Shown here: positions 10,651 to 21,195 of the stretch, piece after piece
Layout of the letters: the number at the start of each line of letters is the position of its first letter
Position numbering within the stretch: position 1 is the first letter of the stretch
NCBI GenBank assembly: GCA_963807605.1
Contig: CAWECG010000001.1
Span: forward strand, 320,001 to 384,000
Reading direction: 5' to 3'
DNA: 64,000 nucleotides
From: Candidatus Bathyarchaeota archaeon
GTDB lineage: Archaea > Thermoproteota > Bathyarchaeia > 40CM-2-53-6 > RBG-13-38-9
Notes under the pieces: model-generated
The model's database searches: none
Seen by the model: only the letters and a program-made list of their open reading frames with translations
What the model was told of the DNA's origin: nothing
Position numbers and translations under genes: made by a program

Positions 10651-13470
10651 ATGTCCGCTAGGACTGAACATGAGACAAGAAGAGATCTGATTGATCCTCT
10701 TCTTGAGAAGGCGGGCTGGACTCTTGAGGATAGGACAAAAGTAGTTCTAGAAGTGGATACTAAGCAGTCAGATTTCAGGGTAAGAGACTACAGGACTGTA
10801 GATGAGACCCTGAGAAACGATGCCGATAGTGCGTATGTTGACTATCTCCTTTTGGATGGCACAGGTTCGCCTATTGCAATAGTTGAGGCTAAGCGGACTT
10901 TGCGTGACCCTGTTGTAGGTCAACAACAGGCTGAGATGTATGTTGACGACATTAAGAAGCAGACAGGCAAGGATCTCTTCGTTTTCCTGACCAACGGTTA
11001 TGAGATCTGGTTCTGGAATCGACCTTATGAAGCATTGAGAATGGTGAAAGGATTTCACGGTCGGGAGGCTCTTGAGCGTATCAGGTTCCAGAACGCCGCT
11101 AAGAAGAGCTTTCTGGACGTGCCAATCAGAGGAGAAATAGTGGATAGGCCCTACCAGATTGAAGCCGTTAAACGTGTCCTTGAGGGTTTGGATAAAGGGA
11201 AAAGGAAATTTCTCATTGTGCAGGCGACGGGGACAGGCAAGACACGGGTCGCAATGGCGATCATCGACGTTCTGTTAAGGTCTAACCGGGCACAGAAGAT
11301 ATTGTTTCTCGCTGACCGGAAGGCTCTGAGAGACCAAGCCTATAATGATGGTTTCAAAGTCTTCTTCCCTGATGAATCAAAGATTCGGGTTTACTCAGGT
11401 AACGTTGATAAGAATAAGCGATTGTTCGCTTCGACAATCCAGACCTTTCAGGACTGCTATCAGGACTTCTCATCAGGAGACTTTGACGTAATCATCTCTG
11501 ATGAAGCCCACAGATCAATCTACAACAAGTGGAAAGACGTATTCACCTACTTTGACGCAATTGAGATAGGTCTGACAGCCACGCCTTCAGAACTTATTGA
11601 AAAGAATACCTACCGCTTCTTCGAATGTGAAGAGGGCAATCCCACAGCACATTACGCATACGAGCAAGCTGTCGAGAAGCAATGGCTTTCTCCATTCGAC
11701 ATTTACGAAGCGAGTACACATTTCCAGATCAAAGGCATCAAACCTGAAGATGTCCCATCCGGAGAATTAAGGAAACTTGCTGAGAAAGGAATAGAACAAA
11801 CCGACATCGACTTCGCAGGTACCGACATCGAAAAGAAAGTCGTTGTCATAGGCACCAATGAAGCAATAGTAAAGGAATTTATGGAGATCTGCCTCACTGA
11901 CGAAACTGGCACGCTGCCCGCTAAAACAATCTTCTTTGCAGTCTCAAAGAAACATGCAAAACGTCTCTGGGAAGCATTCAACAGGCTATACCCAGAATAC
12001 AAGGGTGAGCTGGCAAGATATATCACATCTGAAGACCAGAGGGCCCAAGAGCTACTCAAGAAGTTCAAACAAGAAAGTATGCCGAGAATTGCTATCTCAG
12101 TTGATATGCTTGATACTGGAGTGGACATTCCAGAAGTCTGCAACCTAGCGTTCGTTAAACCTGTCTTCTCGAAGATCAAGTTTTGGCAGATGATAGGTAG
12201 AGGCACAAGAGCCGATGCAATCTGTAAGCATAAAGAGTGGCTACCTAACAGGAGAAAGGAAGAGTTTCTTATCTTCGATTTCTGGAAAGTCTTTGACTAT
12301 TTTGACATGCATCCTAGCGGAAGAGAGTATAAGCCTGCCGAGGCTGTGACGTCAAAGATCTTCCTGTTACGACTGCGAGAGCTTGAACACTTCCAGAAAC
12401 GCAAAAACAAAAAGAAAGCTGAACAAGTCAAGGAAAAGATTCGAGCAGACATCAATGAATTGCCAGAAGACTCGGTTGCGGTTAGAGAGGTTTGGAGGGA
12501 TGTTGAGAAAGCTCGGTCACCGGAATTTTGGGCTAGAGTAGGTCTCGAACCTATCGAGTTTCTGCGAAAGCGAATCGCACCTCTAATGAAGTATAAGGTA
12601 GGTGTTGAACCTAACCAAGCGTCTTTTGCACTCAAAACTGAGCAGCTTAGTGTTGCAATTCTTGAGAGGAATAAGGCTGAACTTGAACGGTTGAAAGAGG
12701 ACATAGGCGAGATCATGGACTACTTACCCTTCACAATAAAGGAGGTCAAGATAAAAGAGGAGCTAATCAACAATGTTCAAGGGCCATCTTTCTGGAGGAC
12801 ATTAACATACGAAGATGCCCAGATGTTACTTCAAGAATTGACTCCGTTAATGAGGTACAAGAGGAGCGAGCCACGTATACCAATAATTCTTGACATAGGC
12901 GATATAATACAGGAAAGAGAATACCTCGACTATGGGCCAATTACAGCACCAAGGTCTATGCTTGCCAAGACCTACATGGAGAAAGTGGAGAAAAGGATTA
13001 GAGAACTGGCTGAACGGCACCCCACCATACGAAAAATCATTAGAAACGAGAAGCTGACTGAGAAAGATCTCTTGGAATTGGAGAAGACCCTGAACAGCCC
13101 AGAGCTATACGTGACTGAGGAGGTCTTTCACAAGATCTACAAGCAACATGACGGGACACTTGTCCAGTTCATCAAGAAGATACTTGGTCTCTATGAGTTT
13201 CCTGACCCTAGAAAGAAGATAGAGGAGGCGTTCAAGACCTTCATGATCGAGAAGAACTATCTAAATGCAGATCAAGTCAATTTCCTAAGAACAATACAGA
13301 CAGTTTTCATGGAGAAGCACCACATAGAATATGGCGATCTTTTCGAGCCCCCATTCACAAACTTTGGGCCAAACGCTCCTATACCATTGCTACAGAAGGA
13401 AGATGTTGATACAGTCCTTACCATTTGTAATGGTTTAGAACCGGAGGTTTTCGTGCATGTTGGATCCTGA
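10651..13470 (+). CDS. hsdR: Type I restriction endonuclease subunit R (EcoAI/EcoEI-like)
   Basis: VDYLL...VEAKR nuclease motif, ATGTGKT, DEAH, MLDTGVD, QMIGRGTR. Confidence 0.95.
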   Translation: MSARTEHETRRDLIDPLLEKAGWTLEDRTKVVLEVDTKQSDFRVRDYRTVDETLRNDADSAYVDYLLLDGTGSPIAIVEAKRTLRDPVVGQQQAEMYVDDIKKQTGKDLFVFLTNGYEIWFWNRPYEALRMVKGFHGREALERIRFQNAAKKSFLDVPIRGEIVDRPYQIEAVKRVLEGLDKGKRKFLIVQATGTGKTRVAMAIIDVLLRSNRAQKILFLADRKALRDQAYNDGFKVFFPDESKIRVYSGNVDKNKRLFASTIQTFQDCYQDFSSGDFDVIISDEAHRSIYNKWKDVFTYFDAIEIGLTATPSELIEKNTYRFFECEEGNPTAHYAYEQAVEKQWLSPFDIYEASTHFQIKGIKPEDVPSGELRKLAEKGIEQTDIDFAGTDIEKKVVVIGTNEAIVKEFMEICLTDETGTLPAKTIFFAVSKKHAKRLWEAFNRLYPEYKGELARYITSEDQRAQELLKKFKQESMPRIAISVDMLDTGVDIPEVCNLAFVKPVFSKIKFWQMIGRGTRADAICKHKEWLPNRRKEEFLIFDFWKVFDYFDMHPSGREYKPAEAVTSKIFLLRLRELEHFQKRKNKKKAEQVKEKIRADINELPEDSVAVREVWRDVEKARSPEFWARVGLEPIEFLRKRIAPLMKYKVGVEPNQASFALKTEQLSVAILERNKAELERLKEDIGEIMDYLPFTIKEVKIKEELINNVQGPSFWRTLTYEDAQMLLQELTPLMRYKRSEPRIPIILDIGDIIQEREYLDYGPITAPRSMLAKTYMEKVEKRIRELAERHPTIRKIIRNEKLTEKDLLELEKTLNSPELYVTEEVFHKIYKQHDGTLVQFIKKILGLYEFPDPRKKIEEAFKTFMIEKNYLNADQVNFLRTIQTVFMEKHHIEYGDLFEPPFTNFGPNAPIPLLQKEDVDTVLTICNGLEPEVFVHVGS

Positions 13471-14938
13471 GCTGAAATCGAAGATCAGCAAGTTATGGGA
13501 TGCTTTCTGGGCAGGCGGCCTGAGCAATCCATTGACAGCTATCGAACAGATCTCATATCTAATCTTCATGAAGAGGCTCGACGACCTCGATGTACACCAC
13601 AAGATGGCGGCTCAAGCAAGAAGTCAAGATTACAAGTCTATCTTCCAAGGCAGAGAGAATTGCAGGTGGTCACATTGGAAGAACTTCAATGCCGAAACGA
13701 TGTTCAAACATGTTAACGACGTAGTGTTTCCATTCATCAAGAACCTGCACAATGGGTCTGACGCCTTGTATTCAGAGTACATGAAGGATGCAACCTTCAT
13801 GATTCCAAAAGCCTCACTACTCCAAGAGGCAGTCTCAATAATCGATGAGATCGAGATCGGCGAGAAACCTGACATCCAAGGAGACATCTACGAGCATCTT
13901 CTGGGAGAGCTAAAGACCGCAGGAAAAAATGGGCAATTCAGAACTCCCAGACACATCATTAGAATGATGGTTGAGCTTGTTGACCCAGACATTGGCGACA
14001 AGATATGTGATCCCGCCTGCGGGACAGGTGGCTTCCTAGTTGCTGCCTACCAGCACATTCTAAAGAAGTATACGACGCCAGACATGTTGAAGATAGACGA
14101 TGACGGAACCCCTCACGGGTTAATAGCCGATAAGATCGTCAAAAAGGAACACTGGGATCTCCTCTGGAAAGAAACATTCTATGGCTTTGACTTTGAGATC
14201 ACAATGATCCGAATAACACTCATGAATATGATTCTTCACGGCATAATGCAACCAAACATCAAACAGATGGACACTCTGTCCAAAAGGTTCGAGCAGACAC
14301 CGATCTACGATGTAGTGTTTGCTAATCCCCCATTTGCAGGGTACATAGACAAGTCAGACATCAACGACAATTTCAAGCTGGACACTACAAAGACGGAATT
14401 GCTCTTTCTCGAACTATTCTATAATCTCCTGAATGTTGGCGGAAAGGCCGCAGTAATTGTGCCTAACGGCGTACTATTCGGCTCCTCGAACGCTCATGTA
14501 AAAGGAAGACGTTTGATTCTTGAGAATTGTGACCTCCAAGCCGTTATCTCAATGCCTTCAGGAGTGTTCCAGCCGTATGCCGGTGTAAGTACAGCCGTGC
14601 TTGTCTTTGTGAAGGGGGGCAAGACTGAGAAGGTCTGGTTCTACGAGATGAAAGCGGACGGATATAGTCTTGACCAGAAGCGGGATTTCATTGACGGTAA
14701 AGGAGACATCCCAGATATACTCAAGAAATTCAAGGCAGGAAGAACGGAATCAGACCAGAGCATACTGGTGCCATTTGATGGAATAAAGAAGAATGACTAC
14801 AACCTCTCGATCTCAAGGTACAAGCAAGTTGATCACCCATCAGTCGAATATGAAGAGCCCGAAGTCCTGATCGAGAAAATCTCACAACTAGAAGAAGAGA
14901 TCACCAAGGAATTACAGGAATTGAAAGCGATGATTTGA
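13457..14938 (+). CDS. hsdM: Type I R-M N6-adenine methyltransferase subunit M
   Basis: GQFRTP, DPACGTGGF, NPPF; overlaps hsdR end. Confidence 0.95.
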   Translation: MLDPELKSKISKLWDAFWAGGLSNPLTAIEQISYLIFMKRLDDLDVHHKMAAQARSQDYKSIFQGRENCRWSHWKNFNAETMFKHVNDVVFPFIKNLHNGSDALYSEYMKDATFMIPKASLLQEAVSIIDEIEIGEKPDIQGDIYEHLLGELKTAGKNGQFRTPRHIIRMMVELVDPDIGDKICDPACGTGGFLVAAYQHILKKYTTPDMLKIDDDGTPHGLIADKIVKKEHWDLLWKETFYGFDFEITMIRITLMNMILHGIMQPNIKQMDTLSKRFEQTPIYDVVFANPPFAGYIDKSDINDNFKLDTTKTELLFLELFYNLLNVGGKAAVIVPNGVLFGSSNAHVKGRRLILENCDLQAVISMPSGVFQPYAGVSTAVLVFVKGGKTEKVWFYEMKADGYSLDQKRDFIDGKGDIPDILKKFKAGRTESDQSILVPFDGIKKNDYNLSISRYKQVDHPSVEYEEPEVLIEKISQLEEEITKELQELKAMI

Positions 14939-16216
14939 ATGTGGAAGGGTCTTCCTGAAGACTGGCAATTAACTGAACTCGGGAAGGTGTGCAAGCTCCC
15001 TGATCGACAGGTGCGGCCCAGTGATTTCTCGAAATATGATTGCTATGTTGGATTAGAGGATATAGAAGGTAGTACTGGCAGAATTATCAAATATCAGAAA
15101 GTCGGCGAAAAGAATCTGAAGAGTTCGAAGTTCTTTTTCGACGAGTCCTGTATTTTGTATGGCAAACTCAGGCCTTATCTAAACAAAGTTGCCCTCCCAC
15201 AGTATGTGGGGATATGTAGTACAGACATACTCCCCCTCCGACCAATTACGGAAGTTGCTTTGAGAGAATACCTCTATTTTTTTCTAAAAACGCCCCACTT
15301 CGTTAAGATAGCCACTGGCAAATCGACAGGAGCCAATCTGCCACGGATCGCACCTGAATCGCTTTTGAGCATCGCCATACCGCTCCCCCCCATCGAAACC
15401 CAACGAAAGATATGCCAGATCCTATTGAGAGCAGACCGCCTCAGACAAAGCAGAGAAGAAACGAATCAGCTCACAAGCAAGGTCATCCAGTCAGTCTTCC
15501 TGAAAATGTTTGGAGACCCTGCAGAGAACCCATTCAAGTATCCGGTTTTCAGTTTAGGAAGTCTGGCAAATATGAGCCGTTATGGCCCACGGTTCTACAA
15601 TCAGCCATATTCTGAAGTCGGTATTCCGATCCTGAGAACGACAGATATTACTGAAAATGGAGAATTGTCGCTAGACAAAGCTCCAAAACTGAAAGTCTCG
15701 CCTGATGATCTCCAGAAATATCGTCTACATAGTGGTGATGTTGTAATCTCAAGAAGTGGTAGCCTTGGCAGATGTGCAGTTTATGATATCGGTGACGTTG
15801 ACTGTATTCCCGGTGCGTTTCTCCTTCATTTTCGATTTGGCGACAAGGTTCTCCCCGAATACGTTCAATATTTCATACTTTCCGAGAGTATCCAGAAGAG
15901 AATTCAGAGGATGGGAAAAGTCGTTGCTCAACCTAACGTAAACATGAAAGAATTAGGCAAACTAGAGGTTCCTGTGCCTTCTATACCGAATCAACGAAGA
16001 TTCGTTGAGGCAAAGTCGAAGTATCATCAGCTTAGACAAAGGCAGAATGAATCCTTTGAGGAAATAAGCGAGTTTTTCCAATCTTTGATGCATAAAGCCT
16101 TCAGAGGAGAACTTCGAATAGGAACGAACGACAGTAAGGATATTCGGATTTCTAAACCTGTGAATGTTGAGACAGAGGTTCAGTCCACGCTTGCAAACTA
16201 CATGAGCGACTCCTAG
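14939..16216 (+). CDS. hsdS: Type I R-M specificity subunit S
   Basis: LPEDW, two TRDs, IPLPPIETQ and VPVPSIPNQ repeats, LMHKAFRGEL. Confidence 0.93.
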   Translation: MWKGLPEDWQLTELGKVCKLPDRQVRPSDFSKYDCYVGLEDIEGSTGRIIKYQKVGEKNLKSSKFFFDESCILYGKLRPYLNKVALPQYVGICSTDILPLRPITEVALREYLYFFLKTPHFVKIATGKSTGANLPRIAPESLLSIAIPLPPIETQRKICQILLRADRLRQSREETNQLTSKVIQSVFLKMFGDPAENPFKYPVFSLGSLANMSRYGPRFYNQPYSEVGIPILRTTDITENGELSLDKAPKLKVSPDDLQKYRLHSGDVVISRSGSLGRCAVYDIGDVDCIPGAFLLHFRFGDKVLPEYVQYFILSESIQKRIQRMGKVVAQPNVNMKELGKLEVPVPSIPNQRRFVEAKSKYHQLRQRQNESFEEISEFFQSLMHKAFRGELRIGTNDSKDIRISKPVNVETEVQSTLANYMSDS

Positions 16217-16485
16217 CGTCAGAGGTACAGTGTAAAGATGAAGAATAGCGATCTTGTCAGTAGGATTAGGCTGCTCTCTTCGTTTGCCATCCCCTATTTC
16301 TGACAGCGGGAGGAATCCCTGATGTCTCAAGAAAGGTACGCTACCTAGCTATCACAATTTGAAGTGGATCTCTTGAAAATTGACTCCAATAAAGTGGAAG
16401 GCCCGGGCATAGGGGGAGAGGGATTATTTTTTGACTAATTTCAAAGGCTACCTTGGCCGTGTCCGAGAGAATTTGGAAACCTTGA

Positions 16486-16703
16486 CCAATTCAGCCTCGA
16501 AACACTACAAGACTTGAGTTGAATTTATTGGCCCATGAACCTCCGAAAACAAATGAAATTAAGCCTCAAATTAACGATTATGCTCAAATTGAGGAAATCC
16601 TTCAAAGAGGCCAACTCATTTTGGTGGATAAACGTGGGAAAGCAAGACAGGTCGGAGCTAGAAGAAGGCCATTTCAGCCTTGAAACGCTACAAAACTTGA
16701 GTT
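16486..16703 (+). repeat. Two 35-bp direct repeats (16486-16520, 16669-16703) in a degraded ORF region
   Basis: CCAATTCAGCCTCGAAACACTACAAGACTTGAGTT vs CCATTTCAGCCTTGAAACGCTACAAAACTTGAGTT (31/35). Confidence 0.7.
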
Positions 16704-17344
16704 TCGAGGTAATTACTAATTCCATGAAAATGAGCTTTCGCTTGGTCTCGTATCATCCGTGCCCAGCTTGGACTCATCAGCCTATGATTTGGTCCACTCT
16801 CGCCGCCAACGATAACCCAGGATATGCCTTCTAAATTCAATTCGCCAACCGATTCAAGGAGTGGCTCAAAACTCACAAAGCGAATCTCTGCCGGTACTTC
16901 TCTAAGGATGTCGATTCTATGTTTGTATTCTGGACTTTCCACGGTGACACCCATCCAGATATTGGATGGGATTGATCGTGCGTATTTCTTGGAGAATTCT
17001 AACATCTTGTCAGCTCTCTTCGTTAAGATCTGGTAGATGTGCCAGTTACCCTGTTTCATTACCCTGAAGACTTCCACCAAGAAGTCTTCTGGCATCTCTT
17101 CATGGAAGAGGTCGCTCATCGAGTTGACAAAGACCATTTGTGGCTTACGCCATTTCAAGGGTAAATCAACTGTTTCTGGATGTATCGTGAATCTGAATGC
17201 GTTCTTGTACTTCAGCAAACCCATCTTTTCAAGTCGAAGGGCAAGTCGCTCAGAATAACAGTTTTCACAGCCCACAGAAATCTTCGTGCAACCAGTAGAC
17301 GGATTCCAAGTAGCATCAGTCCACTCGATCGCAGTTCCCCTCAT
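16688..17344 (-). pseudogene. DUF5131 / phage Gp37-Gp68 family radical-SAM-like protein, C-terminus replaced
   Basis: IEWTDATWNPSTGCTKISVGCENCY, FVNSMSDLFH, SFEPLL, IVGGESG; lacks the usual terminal FFKQWGG. Confidence 0.8.
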
Positions 17345-17489
17345 CTCATCATCTTCTTATTATATGTTCAGTGATGCTCAAAAAAGATATCTGAGTACCC
17401 TATATGTATGGGGTGCCACGATTTACTTGACCCGTTTAGCCAGGTCGTCTGATTGCTTTCCTGGCCGTAGATTGAAACGTCGCCGATTC

Positions 17490-17878
17490 TTCCTCCGTGT
17501 ACCTCGATGAATTTCTCGCCCTGAACAAACATTCCTCCCGAACCACAGCACGGGTCAAATATTCTGCCTCTGTAAGGTTCTAACATCTCAACAAGCAACC
17601 TGACAATGCATCTCGGAGTATAGAACTGGCCCCCCTTCTTTCCCTCCGCAGCAGCAAATTGTCCTAGGAAATACTCGTAGACTCTTCCCAGAATGCCCTT
17701 GATTCTGTTTTCTTTGTAGCCCAGGCTAATCGTTCCTACCAGAATCAATTAGTTCTCCAAACCTTTGCTTATCCAGACCGGGCCTTGCGTAATTCTTAAC
17801 AAGAACACCCTTAAGAGAGCGGTTGTCTCTTTCTATTGCGTCCATTGCCTCGTCGATTATTTTTCCGATCTCTGCTTT
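17490..17878 (-). pseudogene. hsdM: Fragment of a second type I methyltransferase, frameshifted near 17745
   Basis: [22 protein letters not shown] / [46 protein letters not shown]. Confidence 0.85.
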
Positions 17879-18037
17879 CTTCTAGTTAAGCCTGAGATGT
17901 AACAGACTAGGGAATAGCACTTTTGGAGAAATTGAAAGCTCAGTATGAGCCTAGTATAACCTATCCATATTCTTCTAGTCTAAGACCTCAGGTACAAAAG
18001 TCTTCATACCTATATTTTAACTAGGTTTAGCTTTCAA

Positions 18038-18334
18038 TTAGCTAATTGACTCTGCCTGTTCCATGAACTTCTTAGCCAGTTCTTTGTCCCCTTGCTCTAA
18101 TGCTTTCATCGAGCTTCGCAGAAGTTCCTCTTTTGTTAATGGTGTTGTTTCACGCTCGTTCGCTTCTTGAATTTGAGGTAGTGCTTTTACTCTCATAATT
18201 GTGGACCGCCACTCTTCTGGGTTAAGGCCCAACTCGCCCCAGACAGAAAACCCGCCAGCCCAATCATATGAGTAGGAAGCCCCGTTTTGAAGTTGGATAA
18301 TCATGCTAAAGACGAAAAAGCCTTCAGAATCCAT
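18038..18334 (-). CDS. Hypothetical protein or gene fragment
   Basis: ORF only. Confidence 0.35.
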   Translation of the reverse strand: MDSEGFFVFSMIIQLQNGASYSYDWAGGFSVWGELGLNPEEWRSTIMRVKALPQIQEANERETTPLTKEELLRSSMKALEQGDKELAKKFMEQAESIS

Positions 18335-18503
18335 CAGAAGGTTGCCAGCAGGCTGAGATAGAAGGCGGAAAGCAAAGGTTTACGGTTGCTCTAAAAACAC
18401 TATGTCGTCTGCATACACTGTAGTTGGCTTCGCAGATGAGTTGATGAGCAAGAAGTCTTAAAAGGATTGACCGAGCAACAGCTTAAGTACCGAGTACACC
18501 TTC

Positions 18504-20615
18504 TTGGCGAGCGTTGTGAAGGCTTCCGGTAAAAATGCGAGATTAACAACTGTTTTCCTATTCCTCACGCTACTCACTTCACTGTACTTTTTGGAGAGTG
18601 GGGTTGTGAATGTTGCTGCCTCCCCAACAGATTGGCCCATGTTTCATCAAAACCTCACTCATACTGGGGTAACACCGGATGTTGTAACACCACCACTCAA
18701 CGTGGCCTGGACTTACACAACAGGCAACGGTGTCTCTTCTCCTGCTGTTTCCGGGGGGGTCGTGTACGTAGGCTCAGAGGATGATAATGTGTATGCGTTG
18801 AATGCTGCTACAGGAGCCAAGGTATGGAGTTACACAACAGGCGGCTTTGTCTTTTCTTCTCCTGCTGTTTCCGGGGGCATCGTGTACATAGGCTCATGGG
18901 ATGGTCGTGTGTATGCTTTGAATGCTACTACAGGAGCCTTCAAATGGAGTTACGCAACAGGCTTCGTTGTCGATTGTTCTCCTGCTGTTTCCAGCGGTAT
19001 CGTGTACATAGGCTCATGGGATCGTAATGTGTATGCGTTGAATGCTACTACAGGAGCCTTCAAATGGAGTTACGCAACAGGCAACTGGGTCCAGTCTGCT
19101 CCTGCTGTTTCCGGGGGTATCGTGTATATAGGCTCATATGATGACAAGGTGTATGCGTTGAATGCTACTACAGGAGCCTTCAAATGGAGTTACGCAACAG
19201 GCAGCTATGTCCAGTCTGCTCCTGCTGTTTCCGGCGGTGTCGTGTACGTAGGCTCAGACGATCATAATGTGTATGCGTTGAATGCTACTACAGGAGCCTT
19301 CAAATGGAGTTACACAACCGGCAGCGGTGTCGAGTCTTCTCCTGCTGTTTCAGGAACCATTGTGTACGTAGGCTCAGATGATCATAATGTGTATGCGTTG
19401 AATGCTACTACAGGAGCCTTCAAATGGAGTTACGCAACAGGCAACTGGGTCCAGTCTTCTCCTGCTGTTTCCGGGGGCATCGTGTATGTAGGCTCATTTA
19501 ATAGTAATGTGTATGCGTTGAATGCTGCTACAGGAGCCAAGGTATGGAATTACACAACAGGCGGCACTGTCTCTTCTTCTCCTGCTGTTTCAGGAACCGT
19601 TGTGTACGTAGGCTCAGAGGATTGGAAGGTGTATGCGTTTGCGCCTGCTTCATCTTCTTCTTCTTCATCATCATCATCAACAACATCAGCAGCAACAACA
19701 ACAGCAACAACAACATCGTCAGCAATATCATCAGGCGGAGAGATAGAAGGGACAGTGTACGTGGAGAACCAGATGGGACATTACAACGCAGTTGGTTGGG
19801 CAAACATCACTGCAACAGGTGGCAGTGTCACCATTACCACCATTGTGGTATCCAATGTTAATGGCAGCTACTACTTTTTCCTCCCGTCCGGCAATTATCT
19901 GGTCACTTGTAGCCTGCCCGGATTCAAGTCACAAAGTGTTTCGGTAGCCATCACTGATGGATCGACGACAACACTAAACTTCAATCTACAGGAGTCTGGC
20001 GTTCCAATATCTTCTTCTTCATCATCAACAACATCAATCCCTGCCACAACAACTATTTCGGGAAGCACGTCGACAACAACTACCTCAACCATTACTACTC
20101 CTCACGCACGTGTCCCCCCAGGATTAGGGGGAGCTTGGGCAACTTCGAATATGAGTGTTGGCGCAAGGGCGGTGACTCAGGCGATATTTCTGAGAGGTTC
20201 CCACGGTGTAGAGCTAGCATCTATAGCCATAACGGCAAACTCTAGCAACCAGATGATCCAGAATGTCGCTTACAACAATACGATTGTCCAAGTAGGGTTT
20301 GATAATAATGCGTCTTGCGAGTTGCTCATCAACTCATCTGCGATGCCAACTGCAGTGTACGCAGATGATATACTGCTCTTGGAGAAGCAATCAACGGCTG
20401 GATTGACGCCTCAGAGTGAGGCATGGGTCTACAACCAGAATAGTGGCGCCATTACAATCTTTGCTGATCCGTCAACCGTAACGATCTTCTATGGCTCAGT
20501 ACCAGTTCCGGAATTTCCTGTCGCTTCAACCAGTCTACTGCTGCTCGTAACCCTCTCTGCAGCCATAATTGTGGCCACACTAACAAGAAGAGATCCTTTC
20601 CCTTTGAACCATTAG
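18504..20615 (+). CDS. Cell-surface PQQ-like beta-propeller repeat protein with carboxypeptidase-regulatory-like domain and PEF-CTERM sorting signal
   Basis: Signal peptide; eight 40-aa SSPAV..G.VYVGS.D..VYALNA.TG...W repeats; Ser/Thr linkers; VPEFP+TM+RR tail. Confidence 0.9.
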   Translation: MASVVKASGKNARLTTVFLFLTLLTSLYFLESGVVNVAASPTDWPMFHQNLTHTGVTPDVVTPPLNVAWTYTTGNGVSSPAVSGGVVYVGSEDDNVYALNAATGAKVWSYTTGGFVFSSPAVSGGIVYIGSWDGRVYALNATTGAFKWSYATGFVVDCSPAVSSGIVYIGSWDRNVYALNATTGAFKWSYATGNWVQSAPAVSGGIVYIGSYDDKVYALNATTGAFKWSYATGSYVQSAPAVSGGVVYVGSDDHNVYALNATTGAFKWSYTTGSGVESSPAVSGTIVYVGSDDHNVYALNATTGAFKWSYATGNWVQSSPAVSGGIVYVGSFNSNVYALNAATGAKVWNYTTGGTVSSSPAVSGTVVYVGSEDWKVYAFAPASSSSSSSSSSTTSAATTTATTTSSAISSGGEIEGTVYVENQMGHYNAVGWANITATGGSVTITTIVVSNVNGSYYFFLPSGNYLVTCSLPGFKSQSVSVAITDGSTTTLNFNLQESGVPISSSSSSTTSIPATTTISGSTSTTTTSTITTPHARVPPGLGGAWATSNMSVGARAVTQAIFLRGSHGVELASIAITANSSNQMIQNVAYNNTIVQVGFDNNASCELLINSSAMPTAVYADDILLLEKQSTAGLTPQSEAWVYNQNSGAITIFADPSTVTIFYGSVPVPEFPVASTSLLLLVTLSAAIIVATLTRRDPFPLNH
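18710..19640 (+). repeat. About 8 x 120-bp intragenic tandem repeats (propeller blades)
   Basis: Near-identical GTGTATGCGTTGAATGCTACTACAGGAGCCTTCAAATGGAGTTAC units every 120 bp. Confidence 0.9.
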
Positions 20616-20616
20616 G

Positions 20617-20964
20617 TTATCTGAGCAGCATCTTCTTCTCAGGATTCCTGGAAGCGTCTAGCTGTGCAGCTCTCAAATCAGCCTTAACAGGCATAGGCGG
20701 AAGAATAGACGAAAATGTTCCATCAAAGTTGAGGATGAAGACTGGTATCTTGTTCTTGGATAGCCAGTGGAATGCTTGAAGAGAGATGTAGCCACTGTGA
20801 TCATCAATAATTATGGAGTCGTAAGGAATCTTTCTAGGTCTGAATCTGTAAGTTGTCCCTTCCTTGAAGTCTTGTCTACCGTCAGATATCACAAGCTCTT
20901 ATCTAGGACGCATATTATCGACTTTGACTCTGATGCCGTATCCAGAAAGATGAAACGGGTTCAA
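20617..20964 (-). pseudogene. cas1: Cas1-solo / casposase-like gene, N-terminal third only, internal stop at codon 22
   Basis: MNPFHLSGYGIRVKV..*ELVISDG..IPYDSIIIDDHSGYISLQAFHWLSKNKIPVFILNFDG..LRAAQ matches the Cas1 N-terminal beta domain; GGGGAGGA RBS. Confidence 0.75.
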
Positions 20965-21195
20965 TCTCTATGTCCTCCCCATTAAGATGGTTTGCTAGGT
21001 TCTTGCAGGAACTCGTCAAGACTCATATTCTTGCCTAACGCAAGCCACAATCTGACTTCTTCAATGCCTTTCTTCTTCCAAAAAGGCAAGAACCATCCCC
21101 ATCACAACCAAAGGTTAGAAGAATAAGAATGATAGAGACTGCGGAAAGTATTCTGCAGAGGTGGACCCGTAGCGGATCCAGATGGGATCCTCATC

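Noticed and set aside
18710-19640. Regular repeats next to a cas1 fragment resembling a CRISPR array
   Set aside because: In-frame 120-bp coding repeats of a beta-propeller with no unique spacers
21155-21195. Possible tRNA-derived att site just downstream of the integrase (minus strand GATCCGCTACGGGTCCACC)
   Set aside because: T-loop and spacing do not fit, and no second copy was found
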